The translations under genes and the position numbers were made by a program. 64,000 bases of DNA from assembly GCA_903813345.2 (NCBI GenBank), contig CAIIXF020000001.1, forward strand, positions 6,138,001-6,202,000, written 5' to 3'. Under the pieces are notes generated by a model, which searched no databases, was not told the DNA's origin, and saw nothing but the letters and a program-made list of their open reading frames with translations. Below, in pieces: positions 37,201-52,200 of this stretch (its first letter is position 1; every line of letters starts with the position of its first letter). The stretch is from Owenia fusiformis. Taxonomy: Eukaryota.

Positions 37201-40200
37201 CCGCATACATATTGCATTTGCTTGACAACGTTTCAAGGGATCAGTTATATATATCGGGAAAAGTAGAGGTCCAAGAGCAGAGCCTTGTGGAACACCAGCA
37301 TTTATATAAACGTCCTCACTTAAGACAGACTCTTGACCAGCATTGATAAATTTTGTTCGTCTCATAGAAAGATATGACTCTAAAAGCGATAGAATGCTTG
37401 GGTCAATTCCATAAGTAGTAGTAATGAATGAGGTTAGGTGTCAAACGCAGCAAAAATATCTAAATACATTTCCCTTTGGGGAAAGTATCATTTAATTTAT
37501 TATGAAGTAAATAATGTTTAATAATTGAGACTGGGTACTATGCCCTGGGTAAAAAAATTAAGAGTTCACCAAATAAGTCTGTGATCGACTTAAAAAAACA
37601 GGTCGGGATAAAAATGGTGATGATGATGCAGATATTCAGGGCCAGTATTGTTGGTAAACCAAAATATTCCCCAAAGTGATTTAGCAATACCAGAAATAGT
37701 GATCTGTATACATCCATATATAAACGAAAGTACTCATAAACGATCAGACGAAAGTGATATATGTAAATCATTGTCAATATGATTTCTTCACCTAATCCCC
37801 ACTTACTATTTTTAATATTAACATGGTGGTCCACAATGCATGTTATCATAAAACAACTAGTTAAAAGATGACGAATATTTAAATCAATTATTAAATAAGT
37901 GTCTTTCGACAACATTGACCTTGGTATATCTCGTAAATCGTTTATCATTATAACAGGAGTATTTCGACCACTGCTTCCTCTGCTCGTTAGATGATACAAT
38001 GTTTTTGCCTTTATGGTTTTCCTTTTAGTAGAATAATCTTTATACAATATTGAGGTACAATAAAAATTTTACCCAAGTTTCTTTCTTCTTTTTAAACATA
38101 ACTCTTTCTGGTTCCTAAAGCAAAATGAATAACATTAAGGCAGGAGTAAGCGAGTAAGCGATCAAACGACATATGCCTATATTACCAAATGTTATGCCTG
38201 TACTTATAGATGCCTTGTACTTATAGATGTATAAACTTTTTAGGAATATAATTACACTTCTAAGCTATTTTATTGAAAATGGAAATGGCTAAGCATTGTG
38301 CTACTGATTGATTATCTATTTGCCTTTTTTGGTTCCTCTTTCGGCTCATCATTTATTTTTTCATTTGGTTCTTCCTTGGGTGTCTCTGCTGCTGGTTCAT
38401 TTTCTAAGTTCACATCTTCTTCATCAGAATCGTCCTGTTTTTTGCACCAAAGTATATGATAAATTCACTTTACAATTTACAACATTTTCCTCTACATATA
38501 CATACATCGTGTTTGAATAAGTTTTACAAAGTGATTATGAAAGAGTTTTTATTTGTATTATGAAAGCCGAAGTTCATATCAAACGTTAGCAAATTTACGA
38601 GGGTAGGATCGTATCATAAGCCATGAAACTATTCTATTATTTTATAGAAATATCACTAATTTACTGTTGTGATTTCTCTCCATGAATTATGTGGTAGAAA
38701 TAATTTGATAATAGCTAGAAAGGCTTTACCCATGGCTGCTTCTTCTTTTTGAATGTAGTTTTCTCAGGTTCCTAAAGGAAGGGCAGAACAAAAACAGGTA
38801 TTAAACAAACGGGTGTGCAAGGATGGAAGGTAGACTACCTCAAAAGTCTTACTGAAATACGATAATATTCATACTGAATCGTAGTTTATAGTCTATTATA
38901 CATGGTTCATAAATTAAGTAGATTAAACAGAGGAATTTTGAATACTTTTTTAACTTCCTCTTCAACTTCTATTTTCTCTTCTTCTTTAGTTTCCTCTTTT
39001 GCCTCTTCTTTCGTTTCTTCTTTTACTTCTTCTTCCTCATCGTCAGATTCATCCTATAATGGCGTGTTGATATACAGTGCATTAGTTCCTGCATATGTAA
39101 GTTTCGAGTATCTCTCCTAGTTCATATGCCTAACACTAATATCAAGTGTATATAATACATATATTCGTTGGTGTAGTTTTAGTTGGCCAAAACTGGTGCT
39201 AACGCATTGAATTATTAATGCATGTTTATGGAGTTTATATATTGTTATGGATATGTATTGAAGACATGTGGTTGAGTAGAATTAAGATTGATATGAATAT
39301 TATAAGACTAGTTATGAAGCAAACATTATAGGAAGGATAATAGAAATATCACTAATTTAGTGTTGTGATTTCCCTCCAAGGATTATGTGGTAGAACTAAT
39401 TTGATGATAGCTAGAAAGGCTTTACCCATGGCTGCTTCTTCTTTTTGAATGTAGTTTTCTCAGGTTCCTAAAGGAAAGGCAGAACAAAAACAGGTATTAA
39501 ACAAACGGGTGTGCAAGGATGGAAGGTAGACTACCTCAAAAGTCTTACTGAAATGCGATAATATTCATACTGAATCGTAGTTTATAGTCTATTATACATG
39601 GTCCATAAATGAAATAGATTAAACAGACGAATTTTGAATACTTTTTTAACTTCCTCTTCAACTTCTATTTTCTCGTCCTCTTTAGTTTCCTCTTTTGCCT
39701 CTTCTTTCGTTTCTTCTTTTACTTCTTCTTCCTCATCGTCAGATTCATCCTATAATGGCGTGTGGTTATACAGTGCATTAGTTACTGCATATGTAACAGT
39801 TTCGAGTATCTCTCCTAGTTCATATACCTAACACTAATATCAATTGTATATAATGCATATATTCGTTGGTGTAGTTTTAGTTGGCCAAAACTGGTGCTAA
39901 AGCATTGAATTAATACATGTTTATGGAGTTTATATATTTTTATGGATATGTATTGAAGATTGAGTAGAATGAAGATGGATATGAATATTATTGGACTAGT
40001 TATGAAGCAAACATTATAGGAAGGATTATGACTAACTGTAGTTTAAATATGTAGAACATTAAAATATGACAGCACATTTACTTATCACGAATGACTAGTG
40101 TGTTAATAATGATCTTACCCATGGCTGCTTTTTCTTCTTAAATGTTGTCTTTTCTGGTTCCTGAATACGAAGTAAGGTATAATCATGCTTTGTAAGTTGG

Positions 40201-43200
40201 GAATTGTGGTGCTTATCATGTATTACAAATACTTTTTATTACGTAAATAAACCGTTTTGTAAGTACATAATACAACACACTTGTAACACAAATAAATCAT
40301 TTGACAGGGTATACATCCTTGTCAAATAAAACGGGTCGATGCAAGGTGAAATAAATTCAAATCAAGTCTTAATTAATTCTCAATTTGAATTTATTAATTT
40401 CATTCCCAGGTCTATTGGATAGTTGTCAACGTCTTTACTTTTTCTTTGAAAATGATAGTGTCTTATGACTTTGGTCTCACCTTTTTCACTTCGTCTTCAA
40501 CTTTTTCTTTAACCTTTTCTTCTACAGTTTCCCCTTCTTCATCGGAATCGTCCTAAAATGTATTATAATTAGGATAGAACGTTAATTCAATCGGAAGTAT
40601 ATATAGAATTGGTCAGTCAATCTTAGATTAAAACTCTGATTCATTCATTCAGCAGAGCAATTAAAATATTTATTTCATGATTTATATATATACGAAATAG
40701 AAAACAAAGACAATATGCAGACAAATTCACATCATACCCACGGCTGCTTTTTCTTCTTGAATGTTACTTTTTCAGGTTCCTAAAATATTAACACATGCTG
40801 GTGAGAGGGGTTATCACATCAAAAGTTCTTCAATTATAATATCACTCATTGTTATACTGACACCTTGGTTAGTTTGATGCTATTTAATTTGGCGAATTGA
40901 ATTTTGACACTTGTCAGCTACTTACGTCGTCGGATACAGTCTATGATCAATTCATGCATTTCTAAAACAGTTAAGCTCCACCATCAATCTTATTTTCTAA
41001 ATGGCAGATTAGGGTCTGTACTATGGTCTTAGAATTTTAGTAAAAATGTAAATTGACTTTAATTACAAAACTCGCCAAAATAAAGCATATGGCAAATTAA
41101 CGCAAGTAGCAGTATATAATCCTATGGTGCAACAATATGATTTCAAGATGATATAATACAAGTATTATATATATTGCTCTAAATTATACTCTGTTTTTTT
41201 TGCATACATGTAATACTTTGCATTGAAAGCATGAAGTATGAATGGTGAATACACTGGGGGGAAATGGTATAATTGTACATCTAAGTTATATCCAATTATA
41301 ACTTGAACAATCGATATCCTCTTGGTATTACGACAAAAGATGGTTGAAAAGTCATGAAATTATAAAATCTAGAATATGGTCAAACCAGGCAAACACAACG
41401 CAGTCAGACTAATAATAAACAAAAACAACAGGCAAACACAACTTGATAATACACTTGAGCAATACATATTGTATGGCAATACAGATAATTGCAAAGTTAT
41501 AAGAGCAAAACGATACATACCTTCTTCCTCTCTGACTCTTCCTTCTTTTCTTCTTCGTCAGAATCCTCCTAAATAATACACAAACACCTGGATATATCAA
41601 TTGCTAAATTTACAAAACCATTTTTTATTCCAAGCAATATCTAACTGAGATACATACAAATTTCACGTTGTGGGATAATTCCATCCAATGGTATTTATTT
41701 GGTTTACTTTTTTTCTTAATAACAGATGGTTAATTAAATTGACAGACATGTTATTGTACTGATGGACTTTGTTTAATTGTTGTTTTCTGTATGCGTATGT
41801 ATCACCAAAGCATATCGTCATACCCACGGTTGTCTTTTCTTCTTGAATACAACTTTTTCAGGTTCCTATAAGAATATAAACATGCAGGTGAGAACGGGTG
41901 CTAAAACAAACCACTTCAAAAAATCACACTTTAAATATATGATATCTACAGTGTGGGCCAAAACATCGATAATTTTGTTTTGCTATAAATATCAACAATG
42001 GTCTCTTGGAATCTTATTCTCATTAAAATGAATAGAGCAGTATTTAAATGACAATAAGAGTCCTAACCTTGTTGATCTTCCTTGCCACAAAATAGATCTC
42101 GAAGACTAGTTTTCAAGTGGCCAACATGCAGAATTCCCCTTACCACATTTTGAATTGAAACTTTCAATTCCCTTTTTGTCTGGAATATGTTAATCACCTC
42201 AACCAATGTGTCCCTCTGACAGATTGTGTACGAATTTAATATCAAACGATTATTTGAGGCATGTCCAATATCAATTGCAAGCTGCAATGTCAGCTTAAAA
42301 TTTATTGCTGCTTTGAATAAATTAACCTGACAAATATTTGATTTTAGACCTATACCGTTTGTTAACCAATCTCTAAATATTTAAAGAACAATTGCATCTA
42401 GTATGAGAGTGAATGTTTATCCGTCTGGAAATGTGCATATTGAAGTATTAGGTTCAACTAACACGGACATATTTGGAAAACTTACTTAAAATATTTCGTC
42501 CTACATCCATCACGCCTAACCATCGCGTAGGTAGGCGTCACTGTACAGCGTCAAAAAATAGCGGAGTACAGTTTTCTGTACGGTGACGCAAATTAACTGC
42601 TTTGAAGTTAAAACTATGACATGGGTTTAAAAAAGATTAATTTGATGAAAACTAATACGATTTCATGTGAAATAAAAACAGCATTCTCTTAGGAATGGTT
42701 TTAACTTTGTAATTATGATAAATGTTTTACGAGCACTGTTCGGATTTTTTCTGAGTGAATCGGCCCACATAATCGACCAGAGTGAAAAAATGTGTTTTTT
42801 CACATTTTGTTTGGTTATTATTTTCCCTGCCGTCTGAGAGTATGGATTATTTTTATGAGAATATGTATTTGCCGACTAAACATTTTAGAACGGGCGGAGA
42901 TTCAACAAACAACCATTCATTATGTATATTTAAAAAATATAAAATCTGTACGGTGACGCATCAGCTGTACATTGACGATTCATTATAATTTGTGAGAAGT
43001 AATATAAAGAATTCATTATTTATTACTTCAAATCGCATAAGTTTTGGTGTGGAAGTTCAAATGTTGATCCAATCAAGTATCCCTCGTATACATGTTGTCA
43101 AAATGATCAGTGAAAGTTACTGCAGTCACTTTTGCATTTAAGATGGCGGACAGGAAGTGTCGATCTCGATATTTTTAGTTTTCATCGAATTCTTTATAGT

Positions 43201-46200
43201 TGGCGTCATGCTTTGATGAACTAAATGAGACTAGGCTTTTATGAAATGGAAATCATTTGTTTATATATAGTGCATGGACGCTACAATTCAACGATATCTT
43301 CCATCACTTAATGGAAGGTTACTGGAAATGTGTGATACGGTAGGGGTCATGAAACCAAAAACTCAGTATATTTGTTGCTATGTTATTATTGTTTTAAAAC
43401 AAGGGATGTCACAAGTAAATCTCATCTTGCACGTGTGACTTTTAGGATGAAAGATGCAATATCTTGCATGGGGTAAAGATGGCCATGTAGGCTATCTTTG
43501 TTAGTCATATGAGAAAAGCCTGGTCTGTATTTCAAATGATATCAAAGCATTGCGTCAACTTTCAAATAGTTAATTCCATGAAAACTAAAAATATCGAAAT
43601 TAATACTTCCTGTCCGACATCTTAAATGCCAAGGTGACGGCTGTAAGCTTCGCTTGATACTTACCAGTGATAATGTATATCTGACGCTTCTTTACCTCTT
43701 GTTCGAACAGTAAGCTTAGAGTTGAATGTGTTTCAGTATTTAATCCTTGTTATCAGACATAAGAATTGATCTTTTCAATGTTGAATGGGATACAACATTT
43801 GAACTTATGGAATCTTAAGTTAATACTGAGGTCATGTATTACACTTCATGAAATCTAAGGAATCGTCACCGTACAGCAGATGCGTCACCGTACATCTTTT
43901 TTAAAAAAATGCACTGAATGATTATTTGCCGAATATTCATCTGTTCTAAAATATGTAGATAACAAATACATATTCTCATAAAAATAATCCATACTCTCAG
44001 ACGACAGGGAAAATAATAACCAAAAGAAAAGTGAAAAAACAACATTTTTCTCTCGAGTCGATTGTGTGGGCCGATCCAGTAAGAAAAAATCCGAGCAGTG
44101 CTCGAAAAACTTTTATCATAATTAGAAAGTTAAAACCATTCCTAAGAGAATAAGAGTGTTTTTATTACACTTGAAATCGTATTTATTTTCATCTAATTAT
44201 TTTTTTAAAACACCCATTATAGTTTTTGCTTCAACTCAGTTAATTTTCGTCACCGTACAGAAAACTGTACTACTGTATTTTTTGACGCTGTACGGTGACG
44301 CCTGCTTACGCGATGGTTAGGCGTGTCCATAGGACTTCTTCAGTTTCTGTTGCGGGGAATTTGAAAATTTAGAGGGGCGTCACAAAAGGTGGTATGTGGG
44401 GTACATTCCTCTGTCTCTGTTAGAAATGGCCTCTTTGATTTGTCTTTTATGAAAATTGTCCTCATTGTAAGTTTTTCAAATATGTCAGTGTTAGATGAAA
44501 CTGTAATACTTCAATTGCAGAAGTGATCTCTATATTTCCATGATTTCGTTTTTAAAAATCGATATATTATAAAGACTTATTGCCAAATGCAAAATGTCGA
44601 CATTTTTGGCTCAACCTGTGCATTCGAATGGAGCTACAATATATTCCCAAGATGATCTGATAAAACTTCTACACCATATAGTTACGACTAATCAAAACTA
44701 AAAGTGTATATAGATACTTGGCACATATTGTACGCATTGTATGCATTTCAGATATTCAGATATGAATGTCTATTGTCATCATGCACGAATTCTAAAATTA
44801 TGTCACACCATTTGCAATGTCAATTCACAATTTGCAGGAGAAACTCACGAAGAGGTATTTGCAAAAGATTCATACCAAAAATAAACACAAACCAAAAGAC
44901 AAACCAAAACTACGTAAATATCATAACATATTGTACACGATTAGAAAACAATGACGAACATACCTTCTTTTCTGGTTCTTCCGTCTTTTCTTCGTCGTCC
45001 GAATCATCCTAGTTAAAATCAACATATGAATTAATCAATGAAAAACATATTTATCAATGTCGACCGGGTTTTACAAAGATTTTGTTTTTTCCTTTCTACA
45101 ACAAGCTCACCTTTAGCAATATTCATTTAAGATTCAATTTTCATATTCCATGACGTACTTTGTTCTAGTGATGCTGAGATATTCAGTATTTAGCTTTGAT
45201 TTATCTTTACCACATGGTATGTACAGTTAACTGAATTTGTTTTTTCAATATTGGTAAGAATTTAGCTTATAATACAAGTAAATATGTGATATATAACGTC
45301 ATACCCATGGTTGTCTCTTCTTCTTGAATGTAGCTTTTTCAGGTTCCTAAAATATATGTAAACATGCAGGTGAGGTGAGGTGAGGTGCAAACAGAATATT
45401 TGTTCCTTCAGATGAAATATTTCTGTATGGTTCTATGATACTATATTCAAGCAGGATCTGACTATTCAAGACTATGTTGCGTAAATAACAAACTATACGA
45501 GGGTGTACATGATTGTTGATAGGCAGGAGTGTCACAACAAAATTGATTCATAATTAAACTATACACTACACTATTACACTTCACTTCACTATACTATACT
45601 ACACTACACCACACTAGACTACACTACGCTCTGCTATACCATGCTATACTATACTAGTAATACTATACTTTACTCACTATGTCATATCACACTACACTAT
45701 ACTACACTACGCTCTGCTATACTATACTATACTATACTCACGGACTATTCTATAGTTTACTGTACTCCCGGACTATACACTTTTATACTATATTATACTA
45801 ACTTTACTATAGTAACTTTACTATATTTACTAATTTGATAACAAGAATTAAGTCTTGATCAGTCATCAAGACTTAATTCTTGTTGTCGTATCATGTGCGC
45901 AAAATGATGAACTCTACACTCTTAAAAATTATTACTTGGATTTCCTTATATTGAGAAATTGTACTACCCATTTTAAGTCAAAAATTACTTAAATAATCTT
46001 TTAAGTAATTTTTAAGTAATTCATTTATGGTGAATTTACTAATGCAAGGAGAGAAATTGAAATACTTACTGTAGTAATTGTAATACTCATTTACATAATT
46101 AAGCAATTAAAAAACTCAAAATGACAATATAAGTTAAACCTAAGTAAAATGAAGTAAAACTAAGTATTTAACTTTAAGTAATTTTTGTACTTGGGAAATA

Positions 46201-49200
46201 CTTGGGAAATACTCAAGTAATTCATTTTTAAGAGTGTACTATGTGCACAACATTTGAATCAAAAACGAGATGTTGAAATCGGAAATACTGAAATGGGGAA
46301 CACACGGACAGATACAATTTCATAATGAACTTGTAATATGTACATTGTACCAGATAATAATACATACCACTGCACAGAATAAGGAAAACAATCATGAACA
46401 TACCTTCTTTTTCTCTGGTTCCTCTGTCTTTTCTTCTTCATCTTCGGAATCCTCCTGGAAAGACAAAGGTTAATCTATTTTGATGATTCAACGCATAATA
46501 TCCATTTGAGAGTTTGAAGTTTTTATATTCAATTTATCACTATTACATGCCTATGAACGTATTTGATGTACTTTGATGAGAAATCATTGAAGTGATAACG
46601 AAGTTACAAACATAGCTAGTATGCTTGTATCAATTAACCATAACATCATACCCACGGCTGTCTTTTCTTCTTGAACGTAACTTTTTCGGGTTCCTAAAAC
46701 ATATGTAAACATGCAAGTGAGGAGAGGTGCCAAAACAAAACAACTTCATATAAAATATCACACCTAATAATACATGGAGCGAAAGCCACAAAGCTATCAA
46801 CTAATAATAAAGGGTTGTCTCAAAAATGTACCAAAAAGCTCAGATATATACCAATTGATAATTTCAGACATTTTGCATGGTTTTCTCCCCAACACACAGT
46901 TTTTAGTTCAGTCTCGCTTTTTTGATGCTTTGACCCTTGAAACACGACATGAGACGACCAGGGAAAATATCACGGGGCGTCAAATCTGGAGAAAGGGGAG
47001 GCCCTCACAGTGTCTTTATTTTGTATACAAAGAGATCACTGACGTTCTGAAAGATGCATTGATAGAAATTCTTGCATGGCCCTTGCGTTGTGTGATGGGG
47101 CTTGTGTGATGGGGCAAAATGATCTTATTTGGATATCAATCGGTCTCCAAGCTAACCTGGAAGGTAGAATTACCGAACCATTTTACGATAATTGACCTGG
47201 TTCTCCTGCCGTCGTCATACCCGAACTTCTTTCACTGGGGTTATTTGAAAGAGCAATTTAACGCTTAGCAAAAAATAGTACAACTAAAGCCCATATATTT
47301 GAAGAGAAATCCATAGCATTCGACCGGAAACATCATCAAATGTGATGAACAACGCAACAGGATTGTCATCTAATTGTGAGAAGGTTACATAGACCATGTG
47401 GTGTAAAAAGTAAAGGGTTAAAAAGAGTTAAAAACTGTATATAGGTGAGAAAACGTACATGCTTTGGCTAGATGACATTGCAAAAAGTAAAAATATTGAT
47501 TGTTTTATTTGTTATAATTTTGAGAAATTACCAAACGATTATACAGTATTGTGACTTGTACTAAATACTTAGTATGTGAAGTATTAAAATATGTTCATGT
47601 ACGTACATGTAAGCTTTTTGTAAATGGAGCTTCAAATTTCCTAAGTTCATACACGTTTTCAAATGGAATCAACAATAGGTTATATAAAGGAAATTTACAT
47701 GAAGTCAAATAGGTATTCTATGTTTATAATTATACCTCTATGCTTATGATTTTAAGAACTTCATGAGAAAATGTGAGATGATTTGCATATACAGGGTGAT
47801 CACTAAGTTCTTGGAATTTCATTATTTTTTAACCAATTTACTTGAAATTGTCAACATAAATGTGAAATGTAATTATGATTTGAATAAAACAATCTCAATG
47901 TAATATGATTTCACAATGGATAATTATTGTTACTAAAGCAACATGACATGGCGTCGTGGGTCAAACAAAAATTGGATTCTTTTTTATTTTACTTGATCCA
48001 AAAGTATGGTTGATAAATACCTATTTGGTAGACATAGTTCTGTGATTTTGTATTCTTTCAAATATTTTTAACTACAGTGTCTATAGAAACATCTGTATTA
48101 CAGTGATATAACAGTGTACTTTGCTCTATTTTCTTATCTTTCATCAGACTCTCCGAGTCACAACCAATGGCTCAAAAGAGCGGGGAATTATCTTCCATTG
48201 TAACAATGCTCCTTCGTACAACTCAAACTGCCCACACTAATCTTGAAGAACTAGGTTTCACACAGCTTGCTCATGCCTCATATTCCCCAGGATGAAGTAT
48301 CATTAAGCTCCACTACATTTGGGATGTTGAAACATCATATGAGAGGTCATCAGTTTGATTCCAATAAGGGGCTGATTTCAACAACTTTAGCCAATCTTTG
48401 AGAAATAACAAATGGAGGGCTGGAAAGCGCCTCTATGGACTAGGTTTGTCAACAACGCATGTGCATTCAAGCTTATGGAAACTATTATAAATGAAAATAT
48501 CCTTTCTACATTGAATAATACTTCTAAATCAATGACTAAAAAATGACTGTGCTGCTCGTCGTGCAAGTAGCTAGTTTGAAGTCACCATGAAGGCAAGATG
48601 GATGTTAAGCAGGAAATGTTCGTATTATCAGTCTTAATTTGCTGACTTGCGGACAGCTTTTACTAGTTTTATAATCACAACCAAATAAATTGTAGAAGTG
48701 ATATGTACACGAAAGATTGTGTGTCAATTCAAATTTACACACTATACAATTTCAACTTAATTGGTTGAAAAATATTGAAATAACAGATCGATTCCCAGAA
48801 CTTAATGCTCACCCTGTACATTATTTGAAATCAAATGCTAGTGTAAAAGATGCACAGATAAATGATGACATTAATTCAGAGTAATACAGTCGTTCATTAG
48901 ATCCCACTAACGTTTTATGAGAATTTGAAGTCATGGCTAATAAGAAATATCGCGTCTGAGGGCAGAGGCGCAAGGCATACTCGTACTTAGTACTTGGTAT
49001 TGGCACAAACAGTGTACTTACAATTGTCTACTTACTAGCTAGTGGGGCGGGGATAAAGCAAAACTCCAAAAGGAATAACTCCCCTAACACCAATAGATTT
49101 GTATGGTGCAACGATATTTCAAATTCTAATATAAGTGTCTAGACAGTATCATTTTACACATATAATATACTTTGACTTGAGCAAACAATGGGAACTATCT

Positions 49201-52200
49201 ACCTTCACAACATGAATTAGACATGCATGAACATTATTGAAACGGCGAGAACATTGTGACATTAAGTATGAAAACAAGTACCACAAACAGATATTACATT
49301 ACACATCGAAATTGATAAAGACAAGTCACGAACAATGCAGTGAATAGATCGTTTACATACTTTTTTTTCCTCTGGTTCTTCTTTCTTTTCTTCTTCGTCA
49401 CCAGAATCCTCCTAGATTATACACACATACAATTAACTAGTTGGGTAAAATCTTATTTGTATAAAGTATTAATTTGAAATACAAATGTATGCCTTTGTTA
49501 ACTTGATAAAATTACCGGCAAAGCAGAACATAAAAATATTATACAGGAATTTACACTATACAAAAATACCGTAGTATATTCAGTCTGTTGGTATTTAATA
49601 TTAGAATTTTTCGTTTCCTTTGATATTGTTCCGTGAAGATGCGTTTGACCTAATAGATATATATCGAAGTAAGTTAAGTGGTCTGCTTTAATAATATTAC
49701 AACAAACTCACCCAGTCTTGTTTCTTCTTTTTGAATACTGCTACTTCTGGTTCCTTGAAAAGAAAGACTTAGTGTAACATTTAACTTTTACACCATATCA
49801 GACCTTTACAACATAATTTCTAATTACCAGGCACCTGAAATTGAGTTTATTAAAACAAGTGTTACTACTTTATCATGTATCTATTAGATGAAATGAAAAG
49901 TGGCCAAAGAAACATAAACAGGGAGAGCCAATAAAATTGGAACATTTTGTAGAGTGACAGGGCAAGACCTCTACATGTTATTCTAGAATGCGTATTATAA
50001 CATTGCTATATCAAAACCCTCACCTTAACTTCTTCCTTTTTCTCATCTGCCTGAAATCACAAATGTATATTGGTTATTATGGTCAATACAAATTTCATCA
50101 AAGATCAGTAATATCGTTGTATAATAAGCTTCAAGACCTCCCTCTGGTTTACGATATCTGTTTATCCCAAGTAAGCGGATTTTTGTCCATAAAGCAACTA
50201 TACCTATACAAAACAAAAAGTAGAATGTCTCTAACACCTTGAATCAAGAAGATTAGCATAATGATATGTCGCAATGTCGGATAGGATAATGATATTAGGG
50301 GAAATCTTGAAATTATGGATAAATTGATAGGAAAAAATATATGACATACCTCTTCTTTTTTGGCACTGCTCCCCTGGAGATGTATTATGAAAGGAAGAGT
50401 AGATTATAGACAAAGAAAGGCTTAAAATGAATATGATATGCGCGACACACATATACTGAAGCTTGTAAATAGAAGTATGTGTGCCAAGAGATAAGAAAAG
50501 GGATAAGTAAAAGTCATGGTATTATGAAAAAGGAACGATTTGCATAGAAAATATGTAATAATATTAATAATTTCTGTTTTTTTAATGTTTTTCATGTATG
50601 GTAGACCATCAGGCCATCAGGGTGTCTTCCAAATGATGTATACTAATATATAAGATTCCGTACTTAGGATTTTACTTCATAATTATAACATAACATTAAA
50701 ATTGAATCCAATCATCCAACTTCCAAACTCACCCATGGGTCATCATCTTCGTCGCTCTCCTCCTGTGTAATAAGAAGAAGAGCTCGATGAGAATATGGAA
50801 AAGGTATTGCTTCAGTTGCTACTGACCAGGTTTGAGAGAAAATAGTTATGAATATTTGAAACGATGTAAAATCGTATTCGAGTTGTGAACTATTGGACAG
50901 GTAAAGTACAAGAGTAGATGAAAAGCAAGTAAGTAAGAGAAGATGAAAAGTAAGTAAGAGCGAATATAGAGGGATATATAGAAGAATATAATGTACAAGC
51001 AAGTGCCTTACCCAGTCTTTTTTCCTTCTGAACAAAGGCTTTGGTGGTTCTTTCTAAAAGTCAATAATATCATACTGTATATGAAGACCATATTAATTCA
51101 CACAACTAACTTTACGTAGGATGCAGTTAGAAACTCATGAATAGTATTACATTGCGAATACACATTGAAATACGTTCATACCTTTTCTTCCTCAACTTCT
51201 TTCTTTTCTTCCTTAACTTCGTCTTCATCCTACCAATGAACAATTTGACGTGAAACAGACAACTGCAAATTAGCACCTTATTGACATAACCCTTCATAAA
51301 TCTAAATATCTTGTTAAGTGTCATATGATTAAGAACTGGTATACTTCGAGTTTTATCATAGTACTCTGCATTATAATTATAATGACTATCTTTCCAGGCA
51401 AACAACTTGTACATAACACACGCCATGAAGTAAAAATGAACACATCATCAATACACCATACCAATACAGTACCAGATAACATATGGAATCACTATACAGC
51501 AACTAACAATATAACACGTTGCAGCACTGGACATGGACATGCACTATTATTCCATTAATACATTGCATTACTATGCAGACAATGATAAAAGCTAATTTTT
51601 TAATCAATCCAAAAGTTTAGATTTTTGTCCTAAAACTACAAATGTATCCAAAAACTATAAAATGGTATTAATCAGTAAAAACATCGTAAACTCATTGTTA
51701 TACTTCAATCATACAAAACAACCATTATAACGTCAAGCTAACATGCTAACCTTCGTTTCACTTGCCGGTATATCCTCGTCATCACTGTCTTCCTAAATAA
51801 TCAGCAGTGGAAATCTTGTTTTAGAAATGAATTTGACACACCGTGCTCAAAATTTAGCCTGTTTTGTGCTTTTTAACGCATGTATTTTGCTATTTCTTTT
51901 AATTCTAATGAGTCTTATAATACTTTCATTTTGAGCTGATATTTTGATGATATTGCAACTTTAATGTAACTATTGTGATTATGACCTACAGGGATTTACC
52001 ATTTACGATCTACAGGGATTTACTATATACTGAAAATCCCAATTAGAGCATTTCTATAATATTTTTCATATTAGTAAATCTTACCCAATCGGCTTTCTTC
52101 TTCTTGAAGACAACCTTCTCAGGTTCTGTCTGTAAAATTGTGCAATAAAATGATGAATCCACTTACCCTTCCAATCTATAAAATGCACTAATAGTCATGA

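Noticed and set aside
37538-38047. 169-aa minus-strand ORF
   Set aside because: It falls in a decayed LINE region inside an intron, and the frame has no recognisable motif.
38902-39831. Ser/Phe-rich plus-strand ORFs (also 36426-36623, 44704-45012, 46270-46473)
   Set aside because: These are antisense shadows of the Glu/Lys-rich minus-strand exons.
51751-51770. Internal CCG|GCAAGT as an alternative GC donor in exon 51751-51792
   Set aside because: An in-frame canonical GT donor exists 15 nt further on; the alternative cannot be supported without transcripts.
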